This document shows positions 1 through 12,075 of a stretch of DNA of 64,000 bases, piece after piece. The translations under genes and the position numbers were made by a program. The stretch is from Octopus bimaculoides (taxonomy: Eukaryota): contig NC_068983.1 of assembly GCF_001194135.2 (NCBI RefSeq), positions 15,453,323 to 15,517,322 on the forward strand, read 5' to 3'. Below the pieces are notes generated by a model that worked only from the letters and a program-made list of their open reading frames with translations, was not told the origin of the DNA and did no database searches. Each line of letters begins with the position of its first letter. The stretch's first letter is position 1.

Positions 1-981
1 ACTCCTGGATTTCTAAAAGTGTTAGACCACACTGTGGTACATGTCTGTACTTAACTGAAGGATCAGAATTCAAATTTAATGATGGTTAAGTTTTCAAAAT
101 AAAAGAAAATTCCACTTGCAACTCCCCAAATTTAATTTATGCAACCACATGTTGTGGATGTTTGCAAAACAACATAGTACAGACATGTTTATTATTTCAC
201 AGAAGATTGACATTACACAAGCAACAAATAATGGGTGGAGAAAACAAGAAAATCCTATTAATCGGACATATAGCAACAAGTACCAGAATGGAACCACTAA
301 CTCTTAAAATATTTTTATTTTGCAAATTCTTGGAAAACAATGAATTAACAAAGAAAGATAATTTATAAAATATAAACCCTGATTGAATGGTTAACAATTT
401 CCTTACTCATGAATATTCACATACTGTTTGGATATATACAATATATCATTGACTTAGGAGTGGGAGGGGGAGTGCACACACTCATGTGCATGTGTGTATG
501 TGTGTTTGTGCATGTGTGTAAAGTACACATAACACAAATATTTATGACCTGCCTTAAATCAAAGTGCAACTAACCACTCCTTATATGAAAGAGTATTTAC
601 CTATTGACTTATCTATCTGATTTCTTCAATGTAGCTGCCTATCAATCTCCTTAAGGCAGTCTTTTGTATAAAACTCAACACTAACTGGTTTATTACTTAA
701 TCATATGCTTTCATTTTCATTTTTTCTTGTAACCTGATATCCTAGTTCTCTGTCCAGCTACAAAATTTTCAACCTTATATATATATTGAATACCATGGAT
801 GAATTGTTACATGTATGTTCTAAATAAACAATCTAATATATTTAAATGAAATATTACACTTGATTTGTTCCTTTAATTTGTCTAAAAAAACCACAATAAT
901 TCTCTTAATGTTATTGCGCATTTTCATCCATTTTTTTGTTTGTTTATATAACACAATCTGTACAGAAATCTCCACCCACTC

Positions 982-1020
<39 letters not shown>

Positions 1021-1021
<1 letters not shown>

Positions 1022-1255
1022 GTATGTATGGGCAGCCGATGAAGGAAATGTTCTCTACGTGGCCTGTCTGTTTTCCTGTGTGTTCCTACCATTGTCCGAA
1101 AAAATTTGTTTTCCATGCTTTGTTTATATTCTTGTTTTTCATTTTGTCCACGTTTTTTTGTGACGTCCTGTACCCAGATATGCATCTATATATATATGTA
1201 GATGTAGGTATGTACATACATGTACATATATATGCATATACTCACATATTATTTG

Positions 1256-1287
<32 letters not shown>
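1021..1287. repeat. Interspersed repeat family F (microsatellite-rich); other copies at ~4636-4896, ~44771-44915 (partial) and ~47677-47890
   Basis: Shared text GTCCTGTACCCAGATATGCATCTATATATATATGTAGATGTAGGTATGTACATACATGTAC, inverted at 4.7 and 47.7 kb. Confidence 0.8.
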
Positions 1288-1290
<3 letters not shown>

Positions 1291-1503
1291 TACCGCCTGA
1301 CTGGCCTTCGTGCTAGTAGCACGTAAAACCACCCACTACACTCTCGGAGTGGTTGGCGTTAGGAAGGGCATCCAGCTGTAGAAACTCTGCCAAATCAGAT
1401 TGGAGCCTGGTGTAGCCATCCGGTTTCACCAGTCCTCAGTCAAATCATCCAACCCATGCTAGCATGGAAAGCGGACGTTAAACGATGATGATGATGATGA
1501 TGA
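1288..1503 (+). mobile_element. RTE-LINE 3' tail copy (5'-truncated LINE or RTE-tailed SINE), ending in (GAT)n
   Basis: CACCCACTACACTCTCGGAGTGGTTGGCGTTAGGAAGGGCATCCAGCTGTAGAAAC...CATGCTAGCATGGAAAGCGGACGTTAAACGATGATG; same sequence caps the RTE ORF at 21520-22690. Confidence 0.85.
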
Positions 1504-1779
1504 TATATATATATATTATAAATATATACAGTATATATTTTAAGATTTGTCTGAGGCATAGTGATACTAACAAACTGGTTCTAGAACTCGATATACATAT
1601 GCTTCAGAAAAAAGCATTCATTGAATACAGAACATAATATGAAATTAAATAAAGGACAGGGGAACATTGAGAGCTGAATGCTTGTGCATCACCTTATAGC
1701 TTCATAGTATGGAAAAGTGAACATTAAAACAATGATGATGATGATGATGCTTATATTTCATAAATCAATAACGAATATA

Positions 1780-2625
1780 TGAATGTTGGCCAAAAAGTCT
1801 GTTCAGTTTTCTTGAGTGAAAATAAGACAAGTTTTAAACACAAAACTATTTATTCAGTCAATGATACAATTACCGTTTCATTTCAGTATCTTGTAAGCAG
1901 ATCCATTATTCCCTGCTCGAAGAATTTCCTGTCTTAATTGGTGAAAAACTCATGCAGGTGAATCTTTACATCGTCTTCAAAGCTGAACATCTGTCCATTC
2001 AATGACTTTTGATGACACTGAAACAGGTGAAAATCTGAAGGTAGAAGGTTGGGTGAATAAAGAGGGTGCAGCAAAACTTCCCAGCCAAGCTCCCGGTAAC
2101 TTCTGCCATCTGCAAAGAAGTGTGCTGTCTGGCATTGTCATGGTGAAAGATAATAACCCTTATGATTAGCAAATGCTGGATGCTTCTAGTGGAGCACTGT
2201 TGTGTTTAATTCATCCAGCTGATTACAGAATACATTTGAATTGATGGTTCTGTCCATGGGAAGAAGCTCGTAAAAGACAACACTCTTCCAATCCCACCAA
2301 ATTGAATGCATAATCTTCTTTGGGTGAAGTTATGCTTTGGAAGTTGTTGTGGTTTGCCTTGTTTCTCTCATGATTGTTTGTGCTTCACATTGTTATAAGT
2401 GATCTATTTTCCATCTTTTGTCACCATTCTCTTCAAAAAGGAAATCTGTTGGATTAGGTTAGCATAATTCAATTGACGTAGGAGTCGAACATCAAGCTTG
2501 CTGATGTAACCAAGTTGATGCAGATGGTTTTCAAGACTCAGTTTGGATATGTGGAGAATATCTGTGATCATTCTGGTTGTATAACAGGAATTAGTATTAA
2601 ATAACTCCTTCATTTTGTTGTCCCC
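1780..2625 (-). mobile_element. Decayed mariner transposase fragment with one TIR-like end
   Basis: Minus-strand LHPKKIMHSIWWDWKSVVFYELLP and HTH-like TTRMITDILHISKLSLENHLHQLGYISKLDV; TIR-like TGTTGGCCAAAAAGTC at ~1784. Confidence 0.85.
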
Positions 2626-2629
2626 CAAT

Positions 2630-2950
2630 GCAAACCCTATGAAACAAGGAAACATGTACAGAACTTCATGCATCACATATAGTTCTCTGGATATGATCAG
2701 AAAGATAGGATTTGGGTATACAGGGGAGCTAGAAAGGAGTAAGATGGCATTATATGTAATGAAACCAGTGATACCTGCCATAGATACAGAGGTAAAAACT
2801 GGAATAGGATACAGAGAGTTTGTGACAAAGCAAACAGGGTGAGCACATGGTACAAGGTCGACAAATATCAAGGAGTGATGTTTGTAGAGGCTACAGCCCA
2901 TGGAGAACTAGCCTGAAGATTTAGGAAAGCTTAGCTATGTGCTGGGATGC
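2630..2950 (+). mobile_element. Decayed Penelope-like retroelement ORF fragment (region C-terminal to RT)
   Basis: Frame from 2641 reads FSGYDQKDRIWVYRGARKE*...STWYKVDKYQGVMFVEATAHGELA*RFRKA, resembling the PLE SGY...WYK...VxFVxATxxGEL pattern; has stops. Confidence 0.55.
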
Positions 2951-3402
2951 CCCGACAATGTATACATAAGAATAAATTCAAATATGAAATAGCGGCAACA
3001 CTAGTGTAATAAACATTATTAACCACACACATATAATGCATATTTACTGTGTGTTTACTGGAAGGCTGCAATTTGGCATACTGTTGGCAATGGGATTTAG
3101 GATAAGTTGTCTCACCTATCCATGACTTTCAGGTGTTTTAAAACCCAGTGCTGTGAGAGAGTAACCTCCACCATGCTAAACCACAGCCTACTGGCAAACA
3201 CACAGTGTATATACAATAAGTCTGTGTGGTCAATATTGATTATCACATTAGCGCTGCATTTTACTGAGGCATAGTAACACTAATAACGTAGTTTTACAAC
3301 ACAATATACACATGCTTCAGAATAAAGCAATAGTTAAGTGCAAAGTATAATATGAAATTAGGTAAATGTGAAGGGAGTAAGAATTATTTAATCAACTTTG
3401 TT

Positions 3403-3444
3403 AGCTTACAGGTGTTTCTGCTGTATTGCAGAGCACTCAGAGCT
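3403..3444 (-). ncRNA. Degenerate minimal type-I hammerhead motif (PLE pLTR relic); core box damaged
   Basis: Minus strand AGCT-CTGAG-TGCT(CTGCAATAC)AGCA-GAAA-CACCTG-TA-AGCT: stems I and II pair, but CUGANGA lacks 2 nt. Confidence 0.45.
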
Positions 3445-4484
3445 GATTGCTTGTGTATCATCTTAGAGCTTCCTTGGAAATTCTAAAAGTACAGGTTTAT
3501 GGTTTATGTGGGAAAACATTTATATACAACATGTATTAAATATATATATGTGTGTGTGTGTAACACATATTATCAGATATATACAATATATATATATATA
3601 ATATATTACATACACACATGTATATATGTGTGTGTGTGTGTGTGTACGTATATCTAATCCCTTTATCTATGTGTGTGTTAGTGTATATTGTATGTATATC
3701 TGTCTATTTATATATGTATCTATCTATTTCTATCTGTATATAAATGATTTATATATCATGTGTATGTATATATATATATATATATATATCTATATATATA
3801 TATATATAATTTATATATACTGTATGTATATATTATATATTTACATGAATATATGTGTGTCTATATGCATGTGTGTACACATACGTTCTTACATTCATCC
3901 ACTTATGTTTTTCTGTTCCTTTATGTAACTCCCCCCCCCCAAAAAAAGCATGACTCTTCTAATCCTTTCATGTATGATCATACTTGAAATCATATTTGAT
4001 ATCTCAGATATTTGCTCTTGGGCATAGAAACTTCCTACAGAATTCCAATATGACATCACTACCTTTGAAGCATTTGATACACTACATTTGATATTTGTGA
4101 AGGTGGTCTCTTTCAATTCCTTTAGGATTGGTAAGATATTTATGATATTCTAATATATTTATGAAAATGTAGAAGATTGATTTAGTGATTCAGTGATCAT
4201 TTAGCCATTAAAAGTACAAAGGTTCCTTAACTGAATATAGATCAGCTTCTCACCTTACTTTAGTAGTTAATATATTTTAGTATTTCTTCATTATTTTATT
4301 TCCAAATAAATTAATTTTCTCATGCTAATAAATGTACAATTTATTGTACATTTATTTTATTTACTAATTAATTTTACTCATCACAACTTCAGAAAGTACA
4401 GGCAAGTACCTTGCACTTGAGGTCAGAATTATACTAAAATATGTCTGGAGTTGTATCCCTTACTTGCTGGGATATATGAAAATA

Positions 4485-4633
4485 GTGTGTGATAAGAAGT
4501 TTGCTTCCGAACCACATGGTCTCAGGTTCAATCCCACTGCATGGCACTTTTGGAAAGTGTCTTCTGCTATAGCCTTGGATCAACCAAATCCTTGTCAGTG
4601 GATTCAGTAAAAGAAAACTGAAAGAAGCCGGTC
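4485..4633 (+). mobile_element. tRNA/CORE-like SINE 5' half (family E head)
   Basis: B-box-like GGTTCAATCCC then GGCAC..TTGG..AAGTGTCTTCT..TATAGCC...AACTGAAAGAAGCC; other copies ~15787-15922(-), ~24948-25096(-), ~55864-55970(+). Confidence 0.7.
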
Positions 4634-4836
4634 ACATATATATATACAATAATATAAATAATATATAAACATATGCATATATCCATACATATATGTACAT
4701 ACCTACATCTATATGTATACATACATGCATATATGGGTACAGGACATCACAAAAAAACGTTAAACACAATGAGAAACGAAAACAGAAAACGAACTTTTTC
4801 GAACAACGAAAAAAACAAACAGAGAAACGAGACATG

Positions 4837-4900
<64 letters not shown>

Positions 4901-5688
4901 CTATTGAGTTAGACATGGTCTGGGCCTATACTGGCCGAAACCTATCAAAGTTATATATATCTATATATGTATTGTTTAAAACAGTTTGATTTGGTTCTGT
5001 GCAACATCCAGTTTCACAGGCCCCTAGTAGGAGCCTGACTCCTCCAAGCTTCTGGAATGCTGAATGAAGAAGTCCAAGATGGTTACTGGAAGACAGGCTG
5101 CTATAGGTCAAGGTGGGTCACTTGATATTGTAGAGAATATTGTCAATTCCTTAGCAACACCAATTCCATCAGAAAGAGGAATTTCTTTGACCATGTGGTT
5201 GGACAGGAATACATGTGCAGGCTGCTAAATGTGCTGAGTGATCTTTCCTTTCATTTGTCCACTTACTTGCATGCATGTATGTATGTACGTACGTATGTAT
5301 GTATACATGTGTGTATGTGTGTGCATGTGCACACGTGTATGTGTTACTCTCTTCTTACCTTGAATTCATGTGATATTTGTAAACAAATGTCACTATGATG
5401 CAAGCAGTATCCCTCGTCTCCAATCTTTTATGAAACTTGTCTGTTCATGGGTACCTTACTTGGAAACAGGTTAGGGTTGGCACCTGGAAGAGCATCCATC
5501 TACAGAAAATCTGCCTCAACATATTCTGTCCAACCCATGCAATCATGGAAAAGTGTATGTCAAATGATGATGATCACAATGATGATGTATATTCTTTTAA
5601 CACTAGTCTCACTGGATTTACTCACAATGCAGCACATCTAGGTTACCCCACCATGATGGTTAAAGAGCTCTATCTACTACTTTTTAAG

Positions 5689-6036
5689 GTGGAGGCGCAA
5701 TGGCCCAGTGGTTAGGGCAGCGGACTCACGGTCGTAGGATCGCAGTTTCAATTCCCAGACTGGGCGTTGTGAGTGTTTATTGAACGAAAACACCTAAAGC
5801 TCCACGAGGCTCCAGCAGGGAATGGTGGCGAACCCTGCTGTACTCTTTCACCACAACTTTCTCTCACTCTTACTTCCTGTTTCTGTTGTGCCTGTAATTC
5901 AAAGGGTCAGCCTTGTCACACTGTGTCACGCTGAATATCCCCGAGAACTACGTTAAGGATACACGTGTCTGTGGAGTGATCAGATCAACTGGAACCCTCA
6001 ATGTCGTAAGTGACGGAGTGCCAACAAACAAACAAC
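5689..6036 (+). mobile_element. tRNA-derived SINE family A, with ~45-bp internal deletion
   Basis: A box TGGCCCAGTGG, B-box-like head, (CAA)-type tail; 13-bp TSD ACTACTTTT(T/C)AAG at 5676-5688 and 6037-6049. Confidence 0.92.
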
Positions 6037-6261
6037 ACTACTTTTCAAGACAGATATACTAACAATAATTAGGAATATATTTGTCTCAAAGTGGTCTTAC
6101 AGCATGCTTGTTCACCATATTCAGTTTCTCTATATCACTACACACACTGTTACTAGATAAACATTGACTCAATGTTGTGGTCATCTATTCTTTTGACAAG
6201 TCTTGTTATTGTCTTGCTGGGTTTCCAACACCCTACCTCACCAGGCTAACCTAATGTGGGA

Positions 6262-6665
6262 GCCAGATTAGTCTCCAACAATCCAACGTCGCCTTCCTGG
6301 CACTTGTGCCAGTGGCACGTGAAAAGACATCCAAGCGAGATCGTTGCCAGTGCCGATGGACTGGCTCCTGTGCAGGTGACACATAAAATACACCATTTCG
6401 AGCGTGGCCATTGATCGTTGTGCCAGTAGCATGTGAAAAGACATTCGAGCGAGATCGTTGCCAGTGCCCCTGGACTGGCCCTCGTGCCGGTGGCACATAA
6501 AAGCACCCACTACACTCTCGGAATGGTTGGCGTTAGGAAGGGCATCCAGCTGTAGAAACTGCCAAATCAGATTGGAGCCTGGTGTTGCCTCCTGGTCCAC
6601 CAGTCCTCAGTCAAATCGTCCAACCAATGCTAGCATGGAAAGCGGGCGTTAAACCACGATGACAA
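6262..6665 (+). mobile_element. RTE 3'-tail copy with four ~50-65 bp tandem subunits
   Basis: Four GTGCC(A/G)GTGGCAC(G/A)TAAAA-like units at ~6305, 6372, 6420, 6484 ahead of the same tail as 1288-1503. Confidence 0.8.
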
Positions 6666-7879
6666 TGATGAATCCAACCATGCAACAGGTTGCACCAGTA
6701 ACATTTAAAGCAAGGCTTACACAAATGCACATGTGGGTGCGCGCACACGCACACACACACACACACACACACAACAGAGAGTTCATGACAGACAAATCAA
6801 CATGGTGCCAGACTACCAGCTGAGGGATCACTAGGGTGTCAAAAAACTCAGACAATTACCTGAAGGATTAACAGAATGTCAAATAACCAGCTGAGCATTA
6901 AATTAGTTAATGTCCTTTGACTGTCACTGCATTTTCCTCTAAGGCAATTAACCTTTAGAGACTCGGTGCAGTTAGACATAAATAGCTGCAATAGTTAGAT
7001 ACATCAATACTTTTATATAATTAATATATTAGTTTATAGCGCTCAGTTCAAATATATGTCTTTATGGTCCTGGCTTGTAGGAAAAGATAATGGAAACACT
7101 ACTGTATAATTCTACTCACTGAAGCATGCACATACACATTCACACGCATACACAAAATATATTCCAGTATAAGGGTGGTGTACTGATGTACTGAAAGCCA
7201 AAAACAATAAATTCTTAATTTTAGGAATTTCCCTTTGTATAGCAGAAAAACAAACAAACAAACAAAAAAAAAAAACTACCAGCAATCGTTGTCATAGCTG
7301 TTTGTCAATTGCCTGCATCAAAAATCATATTGCTCCTTGCCTAGCATGAAAATTAACTCATGGAATTTTTTCTTAACTTCTTGAAATTATCTCCCCTTCT
7401 CCTTGAGAGTCATTAACAATTACTGCTAGATTTACATTTTCCATCTCTCACGCAGGTGTAAATGTTTTAAAATTAAGAATGATTAAAATGATTTGGAATG
7501 ACATTCAGTACATCATGATTTAACTTAATCATCCAAATTCATGGCGTGGATACCCTCAAGTTATTTCTTTAAGCTCCCTACCTCCATTTCACTACATATA
7601 TTGTTTGTTGGACATGTCATCATCAAGGTTTTACCTAACTTGTTTATGCCTGAAGATGGTAGATTTATGCTATGATATAATCTATGAATACACCAATAAA
7701 GTTCTACTGAAATGGCTGTCATATATTTTCAACCTAATTAGTCTTCTTTTTATACCAATGTTGTACCTAGAACCAACCCTAAGTTGGATCTACAATTTAA
7801 ATTGGATTTAATACTTACATATCTACAGTATCCTACCAACACAATACCTTCATAGTTGTTTTACCTCACTGTGTTATGG

Positions 7880-8162
7880 CAGGGGTTTTCAAACTTTTTG
7901 ACTTGCGGACCCCTTTATATTTCAGGCTTTACCTTATAAAGGCTTATGAAATTTATACATAAATATTTGCTTAAAATAACATATTTTTACATTTATTTAT
8001 TTAACAGCATTTAACAAATAGGTTTATTGTCAATTAAAAGATTTCGATTAAAAAACATATATAAAATCAAATTGCCCATAAAAAGTATTTGCTGTCTACG
8101 AACCCCCTGTCTTGTCCTTGCGGACCCCCTGTGGTCCGTGAACCACAGTTTGAAAACCCCTG
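7880..8162. mobile_element. hAT (Buster/Charlie-type) MITE, 283 bp
   Basis: TIRs CAGGGGTTTTCAAAC / GTTTGAAAACCCCTG; perfect 8-bp TSD TGTTATGG (nnnTAnnn). Confidence 0.93.
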
Positions 8163-9889
8163 TGTTATGGTACCTAGCAAGATCTGGTGTCCTATGTGTT
8201 GATGTGCCGAGGTTCTAATGGACTCTATACCTAATCTATCTATCTATTTATCTGTCTATCTATCTATTTATATATCTATCTATCTATCTATCTATCTATA
8301 TGTATATCATCATCATCATTTAATGTCCATTTTTAACACAGTTTAACACAAACCTGTGTGCTGCAATGTCATCTTTGGCATGGTTTCTATTGCTGGATAC
8401 CTTTCCTAATGCTAACTGCTACACAGAACACACTGGGTACATTTTTCATGTCACCAGCACTTGTGAGGTTGCCATGTAACTTGCAAGACAGAAGAGAACA
8501 GTGAGAAAGGAAAGGGAAAAAGACCCCACTACTAAAAGCAAGTATTTGGAAGGGGAAGGTGGTGAATGGTGGCTTTATGCCAGGTGTTGAACTGAACTCT
8601 AAGGAATGCCATTTCTTACTTTCATTTAGGCAAGTATCTACTTTCAACACAAACATTGTATTTTAGCGCAATATTTAAGTGGGAACTTGCTACAAGGTGA
8701 GCAGACAGTAGGAGAAATCTTCAGAGGAAGAACTCTCATGAAGCAAGTGTTTCAGCCTGTTAGTTTCTGACATTCTGAGGAACCCAGGCTCACCTAGGTT
8801 GTAACTCCTTGGTTGCTGTTTCTGAAATGCCATCTTCAGATATTGACCTACTTATGAATATTCCTCTGTATTGAAATTCTAGGGTTCCATATATATCTCA
8901 AGTGGAATGATATCGGTTATGGGATACATTGCTACAACATCTAGTTGATTAGATATCTGTTTAATTTAATTCTTCTATGTAGCAAATTAGGAGTTTCTGA
9001 AAAAAAACTGTTCATTAATATTAACATGTCACTGGAAAATTCTTCACATCAAAAGGTGCATAACAAAAAGGAACTTATTTCTGTCCATAGACAAACGAGA
9101 TAAATAATCAGAGAATAAATGCAGTTTATCTTTCCTATTTTTTATTTTTAGAATTTTTTTCTCCCTTTTGCAGCATGGAAGAAACATTTTAACCATTTAA
9201 AATCACACAAAGGCTGTTACTTAAGCATCTATTATGTCATATGGTGTCAAAATTTTCTTCACTCGAATTGCAACCTGGTCACTAACAAGGTTAACCTTGT
9301 CAGTAAAGTTAACGAATGGCTAACATGTGTCTTCCATACGGCAATCATTTTAGTTTAAATACATGGTCTCAGATCAAATCGCTTGCCTGGCAAGTACATA
9401 TCTGAAACTTCATTTTTTTGGTTTTCCATTTTATCAACAGAAGCACTATTGTGAGCCTGTGATACTTCACATCACACTTTGGTCAGATAACACACACACA
9501 ATAGAAAATACCAAACTTAAGAACTTTGTGGTTAGTGGTTAAACTCCTCCAAATATCTCAAATGCCATGACTTAAAAAATATGTAATTTACCTGCAATAG
9601 TTGTTATTTCATAAATTACTAGAATTTGACGGAAATATTTGATACAGAAATGTAAATGGTTCAAATTAACTGGAAAGAATCTTACAGCCCAGCACATATT
9701 TGTATTATGAATAGGAAAAGAAATCAAGTCTTACATACTGTTTTTATTATCGATAGTTCGGTCAAATATTTAGTATTTGAATAGATGTGGATTATAGATG
9801 AAGATGATATAAAATCTAAAAAGCATCTCAGCATTTAGAATATGTGAATGAAAGAATCACTCATTGTAGCATCCCATATAAAGCATCTA

Positions 9890-10110
9890 TCTCTAGCCTA
9901 GCAGGCTTTTTTTTTTCATCATCCCTGGATAATCCCACAGGCTTCAGAACTGAAGGGATTTTTTTTTTTTCAAGGGTCCACTTCAAAGTTAAATTTACCT
10001 TAGTAAGCATATCGAAGTGACCTGCATTTCGTTCATGACATTCCATGAAGTTGCCCCAGAATTGAGACTTTTCACACCGACACCTCACTCCACCATACAT
10101 TGATGCCGAT
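9890..10110 (-). mobile_element. Fragment of an RLE-type non-LTR retrotransposon (CRE-like zinc knuckle/endonuclease region)
   Basis: CRCEKSQFWGNFMECHERNAGH...IPSVLKPVGLSRDDEKKKP resembles CxC...C...RH...IPSVLEPxGLxRxDGKRPDG. Confidence 0.5.
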
Positions 10111-11874
10111 TCTATGAGTGATGGAGATGGAGAGTAAAATTCTGCAACTAATTCTAACCTGTGTATGAATGGCATAACTTTAAGCCCAAGGATAAATACA
10201 AAATTTAAAAAACTACTTAGCATTAATTTGATTTATTCTTTTAATTTTAATCAGAAAATCTTTATCAAAGAAGTACTTTCGAGTCTATTAAGCATCGTTT
10301 TCGCCTACCAATAACCACGCCTCGAATAACTCATCCAGCAATTGATTTTCCTTAGCTGTTGTTAACCCTCCCCCTACGCGGTTTGTCCTGCTTATGTAGA
10401 ACTATCATTTGTAGATAGTTGGTCGATCGTCTGGGGTAATCGTACAGATCCAGAACTCTGGATATACTGTCTTCGTTTTATTAAAGACTACAAATGTTGT
10501 TGTTTAACCTCAAGTCAGCTCTGACTGAACAAAACTATGATTAAATACGTTCCAACCTTAATCGTCCTGTCTTTGTAATACATGTTGATATATGTGGGTG
10601 GTGTCGAATTTTCTATCGTTCGACCGATATTTTATGTGGCTATCCTTTCTTCTTTCTTGCTATGCAGTTAAATATTTCACTTCCGTAATGTAACTGGTCC
10701 CTTTTTCCATGCGGAAGGGATTGAGTTGAAGAAAATGATTGCTACGAAGTCGAGCGACTACATGAAAGCATACTACGTTAGATATTCTTTTCATCAGTTT
10801 ATGTCGTTGGAATAAACATATAATTACCGAATTTAATTATCCCTATAGATTTTATACAAAATTAGAAAACTTATAAAGGATCTAAAATATTTAATTATAA
10901 TTAATATACATATAAGTAAATGAGGCTCTAGAACAGAAGCCAGCATATTCATCCATGGTACTTGTCATCGTTCGATTTGTATTCGTGGAAGGGAGGTGCT
11001 AGGATACTGAGTGCAAAACCGCTGTTCCTACTAAATGACAGACGTAGCATCTCTTTGCATGTGTTTGGACAGTAGTAGCCTATGTTCGATGGAAATATTC
11101 GATACGGAAAAAAAAAAAAAGTAAATGGGGGTCAAATTAACCAGAGGAAATTTTGTGGCTGAGAAAAAGAAGGGGGGGGGGAATTAAACCTCAGTTTTAA
11201 TTAAACAATATCTTTATTATTGATATTTTTACCAAATATTTTTTGAAGATGTATGGAACACAGATAAATACAATTTAAGAATGTAGAAACAACTCAGTAC
11301 TCAATGTCCTTTCTGTTCTGATTATTCATCAACCGAGTAGATAAGTGGACAGCGTTCGCGCGCATAAATGACTCATTGGATATGCTAAGGTCTTATGCGT
11401 GCGAATGAAATAGTTTAAAACCCTCTCACTAAATAACTACTACACCTACGGCAGTACGAAAGCTACTTTCATAATTGAGCTAAAGTTATGATGAAAATAT
11501 AAAGTTAATATAAGAGTTTGTAAAATTTTAAGAACGATAGCTTATAATTTGAATATATAGTTTGTAGACGACTCTACTAGGCCTTTTTTTTTTTTAATTG
11601 AGATATAATTGAGTTAATTTTCAATTAAGCTATCGTCTTTTAAGGTTCAATAACGAATTCTTATTATTAATCAAGGGCAATTTTTTTCCTTCCTTACTAA
11701 AAAAAATGGAAAAGCAGAAAAATGAATAATGCATTTAATAATTAAGAGTAAAACATTAGAATGCTACTTCGACATTTAACTATATTTCGGTTAATGTGAA
11801 AACTAGACAAAACCTGTCAGAAAAAAAAATTAAGCGGAAAACGAAAGTTATTGTTAAATATTAACAATAACAGT

Positions 11875-12075
11875 TTAACCGCAGGTCGGCCTTGATTTAG
11901 CAGATTTATAATCAAAGACGTTCCAACCGTGACTATATCGCTTACAATGAGTGCATCTAGGACTGCGTTATTTACGTGTCCTTCCCTTTAATCAGATTCA
12001 TTCGGGAAGGGGATTCAGCTGTTATTTCTAGCACGTTGAGTGACAGGTAAATTAGTGATTCTCAACCCCTTCCTC
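11875..12075. mobile_element. Old SINE relic with conserved core; many decayed copies (~10505, 13110-13310, 20680-20820, 31515, 33075, 33650, 41490-41645, 49870-50075)
   Basis: Recurrent core GCTGCTATTTCTAGCAGGTCGAG (or reverse complement) with CAGACCTATGATCAAAG..TTCCA.C..TGAC; family not identified. Confidence 0.55.

Noticed and set aside
116-368. Short ORFs faintly like a tyrosine-recombinase (Crypton) C-terminus
   Set aside because: Catalytic pattern not convincingly present
875-890. AATTTGTCTA resembling the U7 Sm site
   Set aside because: No following hairpin and no 5' guide; common in AT-rich DNA
820-4989. ORFs rich in YIYI, CVCV or HTHT (also at 20.2, 43.7, 44.9, 47.2 kb)
   Set aside because: Translations of (TA)n, (TG)n and (TACA)n microsatellites
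5689-5765. tRNA-like heads of SINEs as tRNA genes
   Set aside because: No closed acceptor stem; each continues into a SINE body, with TSDs in the best copies
6300-6500. Regularly spaced repeats resembling a CRISPR array
   Set aside because: Eukaryotic context, degenerate repeats, spacers related to each other, embedded in an RTE tail
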